Of a stretch of 64,000 bases of DNA, positions 9,974 to 18,947 are shown piece after piece. The notes under the pieces are model-generated. The model was given only the letters and a program-made list of their open reading frames with translations. It was not told where the DNA came from and made no database searches. Position 1 is the stretch's first letter; each line of letters starts with the position of its first letter. The stretch is from NCBI GenBank assembly GCA_020353515.1, contig CP070695.1, positions 3,161,532-3,225,531 of the forward strand. The letters run 5' to 3'. Source of the stretch: Candidatus Heimdallarchaeota archaeon. Its GTDB lineage: Archaea; Asgardarchaeota; Heimdallarchaeia; Hodarchaeales; Hodarchaeaceae. The position numbers were made by a program, and so were the translations under genes.

Positions 9974-10342
9974 TCAGTTATCCTTAACACCCGTGCCTTG
10001 GAGGTTTATTGTTTTGTCAGTGGAACATTCCTTGCAATAATAGATCGTTTCTTTTTTTGCTTTTGGGCCTACAATAGCACCAGCACCAGCATTCCACAAG
10101 CAGAGGCACAAACACACGAGAAGTGATAAAGTATAGTTTGTTTTTTTGGTCTGATATTCCCAAATTCTCTTTTCCCCATCCTCAAAACACATTGGTTTCT
10201 GGCATGTAAAACATACTTTGTCTGCTGTTCTATCTGGATGGTAATGACAATATCGTGTTTCTAACTCTCTCCCACATTGAATGCAGGTTGTAGCAAATTC
10301 TTTATTGGTAAATTTACACTCTGGACAAATCTTTGGTTTCAT
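9974..10342 (-). CDS. Double zinc ribbon + B-box-like zinc finger with an internal Cys-rich hydrophobic segment
   Basis: CPEC/CIQC, CHYH..CFTC..CFED..LLVCLCLCLW..CKEC. Confidence 0.78.
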   Translation of the reverse strand: MKPKICPECKFTNKEFATTCIQCGRELETRYCHYHPDRTADKVCFTCQKPMCFEDGEKRIWEYQTKKTNYTLSLLVCLCLCLWNAGAGAIVGPKAKKETIYYCKECSTDKTINLQGTGVKDN

Positions 10343-10439
10343 TCACCGACCCTTATCGAAAGATGGATATTATAGCTTATTAACCCTCCTCCTAAAATTC
10401 AGTTGCTAATAAAGTGCAGTGAAGACCAACTACGAAGTT

Positions 10440-10628
10440 ATGACAGCTCAAAGCCTCTTCCTCCCTAAGAACGTGTTTCTCGCTCATGAGTTCTTTTTAC
10501 GAGCATTTCACTTAGATCAACAGGGGCACTGGGAGGAAGCTCAAAAAATGTATTTCAAATCAGTGAAGATCTTTACTGCCCTTACCAAGAAATTTCCTGA
10601 TATGTCGTTATTTTATGATTCAATGTAA
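10440..10628 (+). CDS. Short MIT-domain-like protein (possibly truncated)
   Basis: LAHEFFLRAFHLDQQGHWEEAQKMYFKSVKIFTALTKKFPD resembles MIT helices 1-2. Confidence 0.5.
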   Translation: MTAQSLFLPKNVFLAHEFFLRAFHLDQQGHWEEAQKMYFKSVKIFTALTKKFPDMSLFYDSM

Positions 10629-10996
10629 TTGCTCAATACATAAGTCTAGTATTTGTCAGTATCCTCGGTTGTCTCCTAGTTGGGAGGAGGAGTAAGGATA
10701 ATACTATGGATGAATTTAAGGAATAATTCCAAAGTTGATTTGATTTCATAAGGAGGTTTTTGTAAACCAATTTTTATGAAACGGGTGCGTCAATGATAAC
10801 CTTTAAAAAATTATTCCACCTTTTAATACTGATTTACAATGCTAAGTAAGAAATACCTTACTGTTATCGTTCCAGTATTGCTATTTCTTCTCTCATACCA
10901 AGGAATGATCATTATTTGATTCTGTATTTTATTAGTATTAACTTAAGTGAGTGAGGAAACATGGTAAGGGAAAGGCGTTGGTTGAAAGGGATTAAG

Positions 10997-13147
10997 ATGA
11001 AGATCAGTAAATCCGTTGCTAAACCCCTAGCTCTAATTTTGACTTTGACTTTGGTGTATAATGTTGTTGGTAGTGTTTCAGCACATGATGAGTTAACCCC
11101 ATTCTTTTCCCTACACTTACTGGCTCCGACTAACAACCCACTCAGAATGCAATATGCGCAATTATTTGAAGCGGAATTTGCTAAAATTGGGGTCGATGTA
11201 GAATTAGACCTTGTTGCGTGGTCCGCTATAGGGCCTCGATGTTACTATGATGAGGCTGGAACCTACTTAGAAGGCGGGTATGATATGTTTTGCTTGGGTT
11301 ATTCCTATGCCCCATCCGCATCCATGCCCCAGCCAGGTTACCAGCTTAGCTATTTCTTTCATAGAAACTCTATCCCTCCTTTTGGATTCAACGTAATGAT
11401 GTGGAGTAACAATTCTGCTGATTATCTGACAGATCGAGCCAGTGAACAATCAGATCTTATCGAGAAAATCTATCAAGAGGTATCTCAGGTAGAGGCGAGA
11501 AAAATATTTGTTGAATGGCAAAAAATTCTCTATGATGTCAGTCCTCTACTAATTGTGTTAAATGAAATGGACTTCCACGCAGTATCTACTGGGCTTTATG
11601 GGTACGACCCCACTGGTTACCCTATTGCCTCTGCTGAGGATCAGTGGCTCACAGATGATTACACAGGGACCGCTGGGAAAGTAGTTCTTGGAACTTCTTA
11701 TTCTGGTACAAAATTTTTCGATTTCCTTGGGAGATCTATTTACGATCAATACATTGCTGGACCTGTTCAAGATGCACTCGTCGGGAACACCCCATCTAGG
11801 GAAATGATTATTCCTCCTGATGTTGATCGTGACACCTGGATGAATGAACATTATCATGATGTTTATGGGACAAGTGGATACCTAGAGCGCTATCCTCGGA
11901 TTGCTACCGCAATGGGAACATATTCTGCAGAAAGTCTCCAATATAACATTTCTATTAGAGATGATGTCTACTGGCACGATGGTCATCAAGTCGATGGCTG
12001 GGATGTTGCCTTTGGCTTCCAAGCAGAACTCCAACCAGATGCAGGATCTTCTTCATATTCAACTCTGAAAACAGAATTTGGTTACGATGATAAGGCAAAT
12101 AAGCATGGTAATTACTCTTTCACCATAACAGATGAAGATAACGATGATTTCTACGAAACAGTTGTCTTTAATTTCAACCAAATCTACACTACATTCGTCC
12201 CTACCGATCTAGGGATATCTATTAAACCTGAACATATCTTGGGAGACCCAGATACTCATGGTTTCGATGCTGCAGGTGATTTTGATGTGAATCTGTGGCA
12301 AGTTCATCCTACCGATTGGGTCACACATTCAATGAACACTGCAAACCCAGATGATGAAGGTGGTTATAAAGGGCCTATTGGTTGTGGGCCCTTGGTCTTC
12401 TATAATCGTGATCCCACAAGTAAGGTTGTAACACTAAAGAAGTTTGATGGGTGGATGTGGGATCACACTACAAAAGCTTGGGTAGAAAATGTCACCAACA
12501 GACATTTCCATGCCAAAGACGGCCGATTAGATCATATGCCTGAAACCTTCACCATAGTTCCAAAAACAGAAAACATTGCTTTTACTGAGATAAAGAAAGG
12601 CGAAGTGAACTTGATAGATCCAATGTTAATCGAGAAAACCAGTTTTGCTGAAATACAAGCCGATCCCACTATTAATGCAGTTTTAACTGCCGAAATTGGC
12701 TGGGAAGCGCTGTTTTTCAATCCAAAATATGTTGATGCTGCAGGCATTCATCACCTCAAGAAGAAAGGAGTTCGTCACGGGATTTCCCATGCAATTCCAA
12801 GAGAGGACATCATCGAATACCTACTACACGGGCAAGGAGCACCTGGATACACTCCCGTACCGATTCAGAGTTGGGGGGCTATTGATCCTGAAGATCTGCT
12901 ACAATATAAGAAAACAGTTGTTGCCACGGATGGGTCGAGACCAGAGGCAATAGAAAGAACTCATTATGACTCATATAATCTGAGTCTTGCACTCGATTGG
13001 TTTGAAACGGAGGGGTATGATGTACAACCTTACAGAAAGGCTCTGAATAGACCCCCCACTCCCAGTTTTATCCCAGGGTTCGGTATCGTGATTGCATTCA
13101 TCGCTTGTGTTGGTCTTGCCATATTTCTGAGCAGAAAACAGCATTAA
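10997..13147 (+). CDS. ABC peptide/nickel solute-binding protein (family 5), apparently circularly permuted, with a PGF-type C-terminal anchor
   Basis: Signal peptide; IRDDVYWHDG..DVAF, GPIGCGP, VRHGISHAIPREDI; IPGFG + TM + RKQH. Confidence 0.88.
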   Translation: MKISKSVAKPLALILTLTLVYNVVGSVSAHDELTPFFSLHLLAPTNNPLRMQYAQLFEAEFAKIGVDVELDLVAWSAIGPRCYYDEAGTYLEGGYDMFCLGYSYAPSASMPQPGYQLSYFFHRNSIPPFGFNVMMWSNNSADYLTDRASEQSDLIEKIYQEVSQVEARKIFVEWQKILYDVSPLLIVLNEMDFHAVSTGLYGYDPTGYPIASAEDQWLTDDYTGTAGKVVLGTSYSGTKFFDFLGRSIYDQYIAGPVQDALVGNTPSREMIIPPDVDRDTWMNEHYHDVYGTSGYLERYPRIATAMGTYSAESLQYNISIRDDVYWHDGHQVDGWDVAFGFQAELQPDAGSSSYSTLKTEFGYDDKANKHGNYSFTITDEDNDDFYETVVFNFNQIYTTFVPTDLGISIKPEHILGDPDTHGFDAAGDFDVNLWQVHPTDWVTHSMNTANPDDEGGYKGPIGCGPLVFYNRDPTSKVVTLKKFDGWMWDHTTKAWVENVTNRHFHAKDGRLDHMPETFTIVPKTENIAFTEIKKGEVNLIDPMLIEKTSFAEIQADPTINAVLTAEIGWEALFFNPKYVDAAGIHHLKKKGVRHGISHAIPREDIIEYLLHGQGAPGYTPVPIQSWGAIDPEDLLQYKKTVVATDGSRPEAIERTHYDSYNLSLALDWFETEGYDVQPYRKALNRPPTPSFIPGFGIVIAFIACVGLAIFLSRKQH

Positions 13148-13167
13148 CTGAAGTAGACATTCTCGCT

Positions 13168-13340
13168 TCATAGGCTTTTCATTTCATCATTCGATTGTAA
13201 TAATGACTGTACATTCCCTATTGCATCTACTTTTCCATCTTTTAGCACAATTATTTGATCTGCTTTTTGTAAGACCATTGGTTTATGTGATACAACAAGG
13301 TATGTCTTTTGTTTGGGGTAGTTAAACAACCAGTCTAAAG
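13168..13340 (-). pseudogene. 3' relic of an ABC exporter ATPase domain
   Basis: KTYLVVSHKPMVLQKADQIIVLKDGKV H-loop region only; no Walker motifs. Confidence 0.8.
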
Positions 13341-13381
13341 ATTTGTTTATTATTTTAAAATATGACTTGCTTGCCATAGGC

Positions 13382-13801
13382 TCACTTTAGCCAAGAATAC
13401 AGCATCATCTTCTCAAGTAATGAATCACTTCCAAGGCCTAGGGTGGGAAGTAGTTCAGGTTTGATTTGAGATAAAACCTCAGGGAGGGGAGTAGAATCAG
13501 GTAAGTTTAGCATACCTCTAACTGCGGTTATTTCTACCAAAAGGACATTTAATTGATCATAATCAGGATCTTTTATGTTAAAAACCATTCGGATTTCTTC
13601 AAATCGTTTAAAAATATAGACTAGATCATCTATGGGAGTTTGGGGAGCTAGTCCTAAATCAGATTTCATCTGTTTCAAAGAACACCAAAGTTGATTTACG
13701 GCATGATCAAATAAACGGTCATCTAGTTTTAAAATAATTCTTAGCTTTTTTAGCTCTTCCAATTTTCTTAATTCATTTGATAACATATCATTAAGAAACA
13801 T
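13382..13801 (-). CDS. Hypothetical helical protein
   Basis: 139-codon ORF with two LxLxxxTP-like internal repeats; no family recognised. Confidence 0.55.
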   Translation of the reverse strand: MFLNDMLSNELRKLEELKKLRIILKLDDRLFDHAVNQLWCSLKQMKSDLGLAPQTPIDDLVYIFKRFEEIRMVFNIKDPDYDQLNVLLVEITAVRGMLNLPDSTPLPEVLSQIKPELLPTLGLGSDSLLEKMMLYSWLK

Positions 13802-14441
13802 TCTTATCCAACCATCTCATTATTGGTCAGTTGAAATTCATTCCATTATTTAGGGTCAAGAGTGTCTCTGTATGAAATGACACACTCCTCATTGATATAC
13901 CTATAACATTTACAAAAGTGACACTTATTATTGAGAAATGTCAAAAACAATGCAAGTTAAAAAGGAAGAATAATGGGCTCTGAATCCTAAATGAACTATA
14001 CTTTCAGAGTAAATTTCAGTTTAAAAATAGAAATCTAGCGTTTGAAAGATTTTCAAATCCTGTTTTTCTCCTTCTATATTCTGTGCCAGTTCCAACAGAT
14101 CCCTATGGATGTTACGAAAAATACTCATTTCGTTATAGAAACTACGAAGATATTCACTTCCATCTAGACTTTCTGGAATGTCCTTAGTCACCTCCTCCCA
14201 GTCAATTGAAACTCTTACATATTTATCTCGTACCTCTTCCTTCGAAGGGGGTGTCGGAAGGCGGAGGCCACGGGTGGACTGGGTTGGTCTCTCAAGGAGT
14301 CGCTCTGAGACGGAACAGGTACTCAGCTTTCGCCATTCTTGTATCGGTCAGATGGCGATGAAGAACTTGCATCAGGATTTCAAGTAATGATCGCTGTAAT
14401 AACAATATTAGGGGTTGTAATATCACGATGGAGATTCAGAT

Positions 14442-15464
14442 ATGGAAAAAATTCTTATAATCATGAAAATGGATAATTTTCTTATGACAACTGCAAGAGA
14501 ATTGATGATCCAATTTTCTGAAGATACAGGTTTAACCTCTAATACGCTCCCAAGAAGATATCTGTGGACGGATGCGTTCGCTGTTTGCAATTTTTTGGGA
14601 TTATGTCAAACGAATAAAGAAGAAAAGTTCAAAGATATAGCTATTAAGTTAGTTAACCAAGTTCACAGGATATTGGGCCAGCACAGAACAGATGATGAAA
14701 GAACAGGATGGTTAGGAAGCCAAGATCATCCCACAAAGAATGGGTTACGGATAGGAAAATCCTTGAATGAACGGAAACCCCACGAACCGTATGATTTCAT
14801 TCGAGAATGGGATCGGGATGGTCAATATTTTCATTATCTGACCAAGTGGATGCATACTCTCATTCGAGTGTATCAAGTTGTGAATGAGGAAAAATATCTC
14901 CATTGGGCAGTAGATCTTGCACAGGCTTCAACAGCTTTTATCAGTGATAGTCGGATGTACTGGAAAATGAGTATTGATCTATCGTATCCTCTTGTTCCGT
15001 CGATGGGAGAGCATGATCCTATAGATGGTTATACCACCTTTAAAGAATTACAAACATTTACTGATGTTGATTTAGAAGAAGAAATAAAAAAATTTGAAAA
15101 AATGATGCAGCAATTAAATTTCATAACTATTGATCCATTAGGGATAGGAGGGCAATTGTCTGATGCTTACAGACTGAAACAGCTAGATGCTGATCCTGAA
15201 TTAAGTCAAGGACTCATCAATGCTGCTCAAAAAGGTCTCGAACTCTCTCAATTATCCCATGGATTAGCATTTAGAGAGCTAGGTTTAGCTATTGGATTGC
15301 AAGCAGCACAAAAAATGGATGTATTAGAGAAATATTGGTCACTAATTGAAGAAATTAATCAATATTGGTTAAAGCATTGTGATTGGACAGAACATATCGA
15401 TATCAATAGAGTGATGCTAGCAACCAGCTTAGCACCTGAGAGTTTTCTATCAATTTCTGACTAG
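14442..15464 (+). CDS. Conserved hypothetical protein, possibly alpha/alpha-toroid fold; true start may be 14469 or 14484
   Basis: RRYLWTDAFAV, GLRIGK, DGQYFHYLTKWM and LAFRELGLAIGL blocks. Confidence 0.75.
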   Translation: MEKILIIMKMDNFLMTTARELMIQFSEDTGLTSNTLPRRYLWTDAFAVCNFLGLCQTNKEEKFKDIAIKLVNQVHRILGQHRTDDERTGWLGSQDHPTKNGLRIGKSLNERKPHEPYDFIREWDRDGQYFHYLTKWMHTLIRVYQVVNEEKYLHWAVDLAQASTAFISDSRMYWKMSIDLSYPLVPSMGEHDPIDGYTTFKELQTFTDVDLEEEIKKFEKMMQQLNFITIDPLGIGGQLSDAYRLKQLDADPELSQGLINAAQKGLELSQLSHGLAFRELGLAIGLQAAQKMDVLEKYWSLIEEINQYWLKHCDWTEHIDINRVMLATSLAPESFLSISD

Positions 15465-15504
15465 TACCGCATACAGCATATACTGTATCACAGGTGGCTA
15501 GTCA
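15458..15504. terminator. 47-nt imperfect hairpin between convergent genes
   Basis: TGACTAG/CTAGTCA, ACC/GGT and ATACAG/CTGTAT nested arms, overlapping the TAG stop. Confidence 0.45.
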
Positions 15505-15776
15505 TAAACAATGTTTAACCTTATTACCAGCTGACCCCAGATAATAAGTGATATACCTAATTGTAACTTAAATATTATCAAAATGATCACACTAATCAAG
15601 ATGAAAGTTTGTTGCGAGCTCTTTCTAATTTCTCCACCTAATATCAGTCTACTTCCGAACCACGATTAGAGAGAACACTAATTTTATCAATTCTCATTAT
15701 ATCCATGCTCTCTGGTCAGAAAGACATTTTTCCAAAACGATTCTGATTTTTCGATTCTTTTTCTTGTTCCACCTCG

Positions 15777-16826
15777 CTAGGTCACCCAATCAGTCACAGT
15801 TCGATACTCCTCGTCTTCCCAATGATCCGTCACGGGAAAATTTACGTTTTCGGGAAAATGTGGCCAGATAAGCTCTTGTTTTTTAAGCGAGAGAAATCCA
15901 AGAACCTTCTGGAAAAAGGTCTCCTTTTTTACCGAAGCCTTATGATCAGTCCGGACAAGTTTTCCTTTTTGCTGGTAAGCTGCATAATTTTCGGGTGGGT
16001 GAGGTGTAACAAACCATGATTTTTTTTCAAGGGAAGCGTTATACTCTGTTTTACCGCGATCTTCTGAGTTAAAAGCAACAAAACAAATCTGCTTAATCTC
16101 TTTCGAGTTAATCTTTCCTTCTTGGTACGTTATACGAGTTTTCATGGTAGGAAGCCCTAGAGGAGTCCCTGTTTTCTTTAGATATCCCTGCATTTTAGTA
16201 GGGAGGGCCTTAAATGCTGGTTCGGTCTCATAGTGAAAACTCATTAACACCACGATAATTTTATTCCGTAACTCTTTAATAGTCGGCCAAGCCTTCTTTT
16301 CTTCGTAATAACGTGTAAAGTCTCCAAGAGTATACAATCGTGCTTTGTCATCCTTGAACACGTTAAGAATCTGTTCATTGAGCCGTATAAGACCGTACTC
16401 TTCGGGAGGTTCGTTATCTGTATCAAGTAGACCAGCTTTAAGATCTAAAAACACGGTGATCGGAGCATGCCCCTCATTCTTTCTGGACCAATCGGCTATT
16501 TTGCCTAACCACTTCTCAATATCGTCACCCCTCGGATTGTCTCCCCAAGGCCTTCGTTTCCGCACCTCATGTCCTGGCCACCAATGACCTACCTTGAAGT
16601 GAAATTTTATTTTTTTCCTAAAACGAGGAAAACTTCTCCAGAGTTTATCCCAACTTCCTCCTGTTAGTTCTGCCCAAATATTGACATCGTGTATATCCAG
16701 CTCGAAACCCCTGATCCCTTGATCAAGTTGTTTGGTTAAAGACCACCCATAAGAATTATGTGTGGTCATGAAAATGCTCTCATTATAAGGTTGTGAGTCA
16801 AATTTGTTAGAAGTGATAATCTTCAC
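15777..16826 (-). CDS. PI-PLC-like phosphodiesterase (X-domain)
   Basis: THNSY..SLTKQLDQGIRGFELDIH, GH, HAPITVFLDLK, WPTIKELRNKIIVVL. Confidence 0.85.
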   Translation of the reverse strand: MKIITSNKFDSQPYNESIFMTTHNSYGWSLTKQLDQGIRGFELDIHDVNIWAELTGGSWDKLWRSFPRFRKKIKFHFKVGHWWPGHEVRKRRPWGDNPRGDDIEKWLGKIADWSRKNEGHAPITVFLDLKAGLLDTDNEPPEEYGLIRLNEQILNVFKDDKARLYTLGDFTRYYEEKKAWPTIKELRNKIIVVLMSFHYETEPAFKALPTKMQGYLKKTGTPLGLPTMKTRITYQEGKINSKEIKQICFVAFNSEDRGKTEYNASLEKKSWFVTPHPPENYAAYQQKGKLVRTDHKASVKKETFFQKVLGFLSLKKQELIWPHFPENVNFPVTDHWEDEEYRTVTDWVT

Positions 16827-16990
16827 CTTCCTTATCCATTATAACTATCATTATTTTCCCTGATCCTCTTCTTCTCCTCTAAGCAATAGCTCCCCCGAAA
16901 GAGGCGCATACAACTTTAAAAATGTATCAGGGATGAAAAATACATTTTCTAAGAAGCATTTTGTTTAACCGAATTAAGTGTTCCAATTTC

Positions 16991-17056
16991 TTCCTTGGAG
17001 TATTAGTAGTGACCACTTTCTTAACCAGGCGCAGGTGAGGATCTATCTTTGGTTTC
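16991..17056 (+). repeat. Orphan 3' tail (LGVLVVTTFLTRRR*) plus 3' flank of the NosD-family surface-protein gene
   Basis: 16994-17038 matches 18321-18365 at 38/45 nt; similarity continues about 18 nt past the stop. Confidence 0.8.
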
Positions 17057-17212
17057 ATTTACCATTCCTCCTCGAAAAACATCCATTCTGGTATATAACC
17101 ATTGCTCTCGCAATTCAGTTGTTAATAAAGGCCAGTGATGACCAAATACCAAGTTATGACCGTCCGATGTCATTCATAACTTCCTTCTTAAAGTTCATCA
17201 CATGCTAGCAAG

Positions 17213-18058
17213 CTAGTTTCTTCTACGATATCCATAAGTAAGGAGGAGGAGGAAACCAAGGATCCCAAACTCGAACCCAGGTATGGTTGAACTCGCGGCT
17301 TTAACCTTCACCCCGTTGATCTCGATTGCCTTCGATTCGTACTGGATGGTGACTAAGAGGACATACCTATCGTCTTCCAGGATCTCCAACTCCTGAATAG
17401 TAGTGACACCCACGCACACCCCATTTACATCTGTAACTCTATCACGAGTGTCCAAGTAACTTATACGAAACTCGTTACCTTGGAGGGTAAAGTTATAGCT
17501 GAAATCCAGAACTCCGATGTCCCAGATATCAATTTCCTCAGTTTTTCCATCAACTTCAACTTCGATTGTCCTCTTGTCTCCAAATACTGTTCGTTTTTTA
17601 CTGGTACTGTGGACTCCAGAATCATCCTCATATTCAATTAGAAAATCGAGATCGGGGATTTCACATCCATCTGTAAAGTCAGAGGTGTCAAGAAAAGCTC
17701 CAGTCCAGTACCCATCGTCATCTAATCCAGTGTTAGGATCAACATCGTACGTGTCGTCATAATCCAAGGTATCCCACCATGCTTCGAGAGCTCTACTAGA
17801 AGTGGATCGTTCAAATTCCATCTCGTCCCTATCAAGCTCCGTGTAGGTTTCAGTCATTTTCACTCCTTCAATATCATAATTGGTAAAAGGATCTTCATTC
17901 GGGTAGTAATCATAATTCCAATCTTGGTAGAGATCTACTTCATAAACAATATACCCATCTACTTCCCAGACATCGGTACCTTTAATCGCTCCGACAGGAG
18001 AAATCGTATATAATAATACTGCAAATAGACAGAGAATCATACCTTGGTGTTTTTTCAT
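17213..18058 (-). CDS. Acidic secreted protein with a PGF-CTERM-like anchor
   Basis: Signal peptide; C-terminal IPGFEFGILGFLLLLTYGYRRRN. Confidence 0.85.
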   Translation of the reverse strand: MKKHQGMILCLFAVLLYTISPVGAIKGTDVWEVDGYIVYEVDLYQDWNYDYYPNEDPFTNYDIEGVKMTETYTELDRDEMEFERSTSSRALEAWWDTLDYDDTYDVDPNTGLDDDGYWTGAFLDTSDFTDGCEIPDLDFLIEYEDDSGVHSTSKKRTVFGDKRTIEVEVDGKTEEIDIWDIGVLDFSYNFTLQGNEFRISYLDTRDRVTDVNGVCVGVTTIQELEILEDDRYVLLVTIQYESKAIEINGVKVKAASSTIPGFEFGILGFLLLLTYGYRRRN

Positions 18059-18158
18059 CCATACTCACCTTAATCCATCTAGGTAATGAGACGAATTAAT
18101 GAATTTTACTGAAGAGAATATGAATTCTAGAGGAGCCTTAGCGTCTTTCTTACCACAA

Positions 18159-18365
18159 TATTGGTCTGATTACAATGGGAGTGGCAGTTATTTCATTGCT
18201 GGGTCAGCTGGTACGAGTGATTTCTATCCCTCTGGTGGCTCTTATCATCCCACTCCAAGTGTAATAGATCTTAGTGGGTTTTTCTCTCTCTTAGTTCGAA
18301 TTGATTTATTCTTGGGCATTCTTGGGGTATTAGCAGTGACCATTTTCCTATCCAGGTGCAGATGA
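18159..18365 (+). pseudogene. 3' relic of a NosD-family surface protein, paralog of 36153-38126
   Basis: YWSDYNGSGSYFIAGSAG...IDLSGFFSLLVRIDLFLGILGVLAVTIFLSR aligns with the end of 36153-38126. Confidence 0.88.
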
Positions 18366-18401
18366 GGATATATCTCCTGTTTCTGATAATTAATCGAATA
18401 T

Positions 18402-18789
18402 TCAGAAAGATGTTTGAAGGGAAGATGACCAAGTTAACAGATTTTGTCCTTTTTCCACATGATCAGTGTCAAGAAGAAGTGTGACAAACCCTGTCATAAA
18501 GAGAAGCAGAAACCTCGGTTGAAGGAAATAATTAATGCCATAGTGGTCAAAACCTATGATCGCCAATCCAGCTATCAGAGATATGCCTATGGGCCAACTT
18601 ATACTCAAGAAAAAGATGGTGATTGTTTTTTGCAAGAACATCGGGGAGTTCGAGCTCTTCCAGAGGAACAAATACGTCTCCATTCATGAGGTACGAGAAG
18701 ATTAAAACGATTGCTTCAAGAGTGTACCAACATAGGAACCAGAACACGAAAACTCTTATGATTACCGCTCTTGGGATGCTAAATTCCAT
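18402..18789 (-). pseudogene. Frameshifted membrane protein fragment
   Basis: Two overlapping hydrophobic ORFs join (PDVLAK/TITIFF) if one base is removed from the 6-nt run at 18626-18631; LLDTDH motif. Confidence 0.55.
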
Positions 18790-18947
18790 CGGATTGGCCG
18801 CCCCGAAGTTTGCAGTGCGGTCGCACTCATGCTGATTTCATTTAGAATGTTAAATCCTACATGATCTAGTACCACACTTGTTTATAAAATCATAACTCAA
18901 TTGACGAAATTATGATTCCTGTACTTAATTTAGGTTGAGAAAGGTCA

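Noticed and set aside
14240-14380. SRP RNA, RNase P RNA or group II intron in the GC-rich patch
   Set aside because: No diagnostic motifs recognised; coding relics explain it at least as well.
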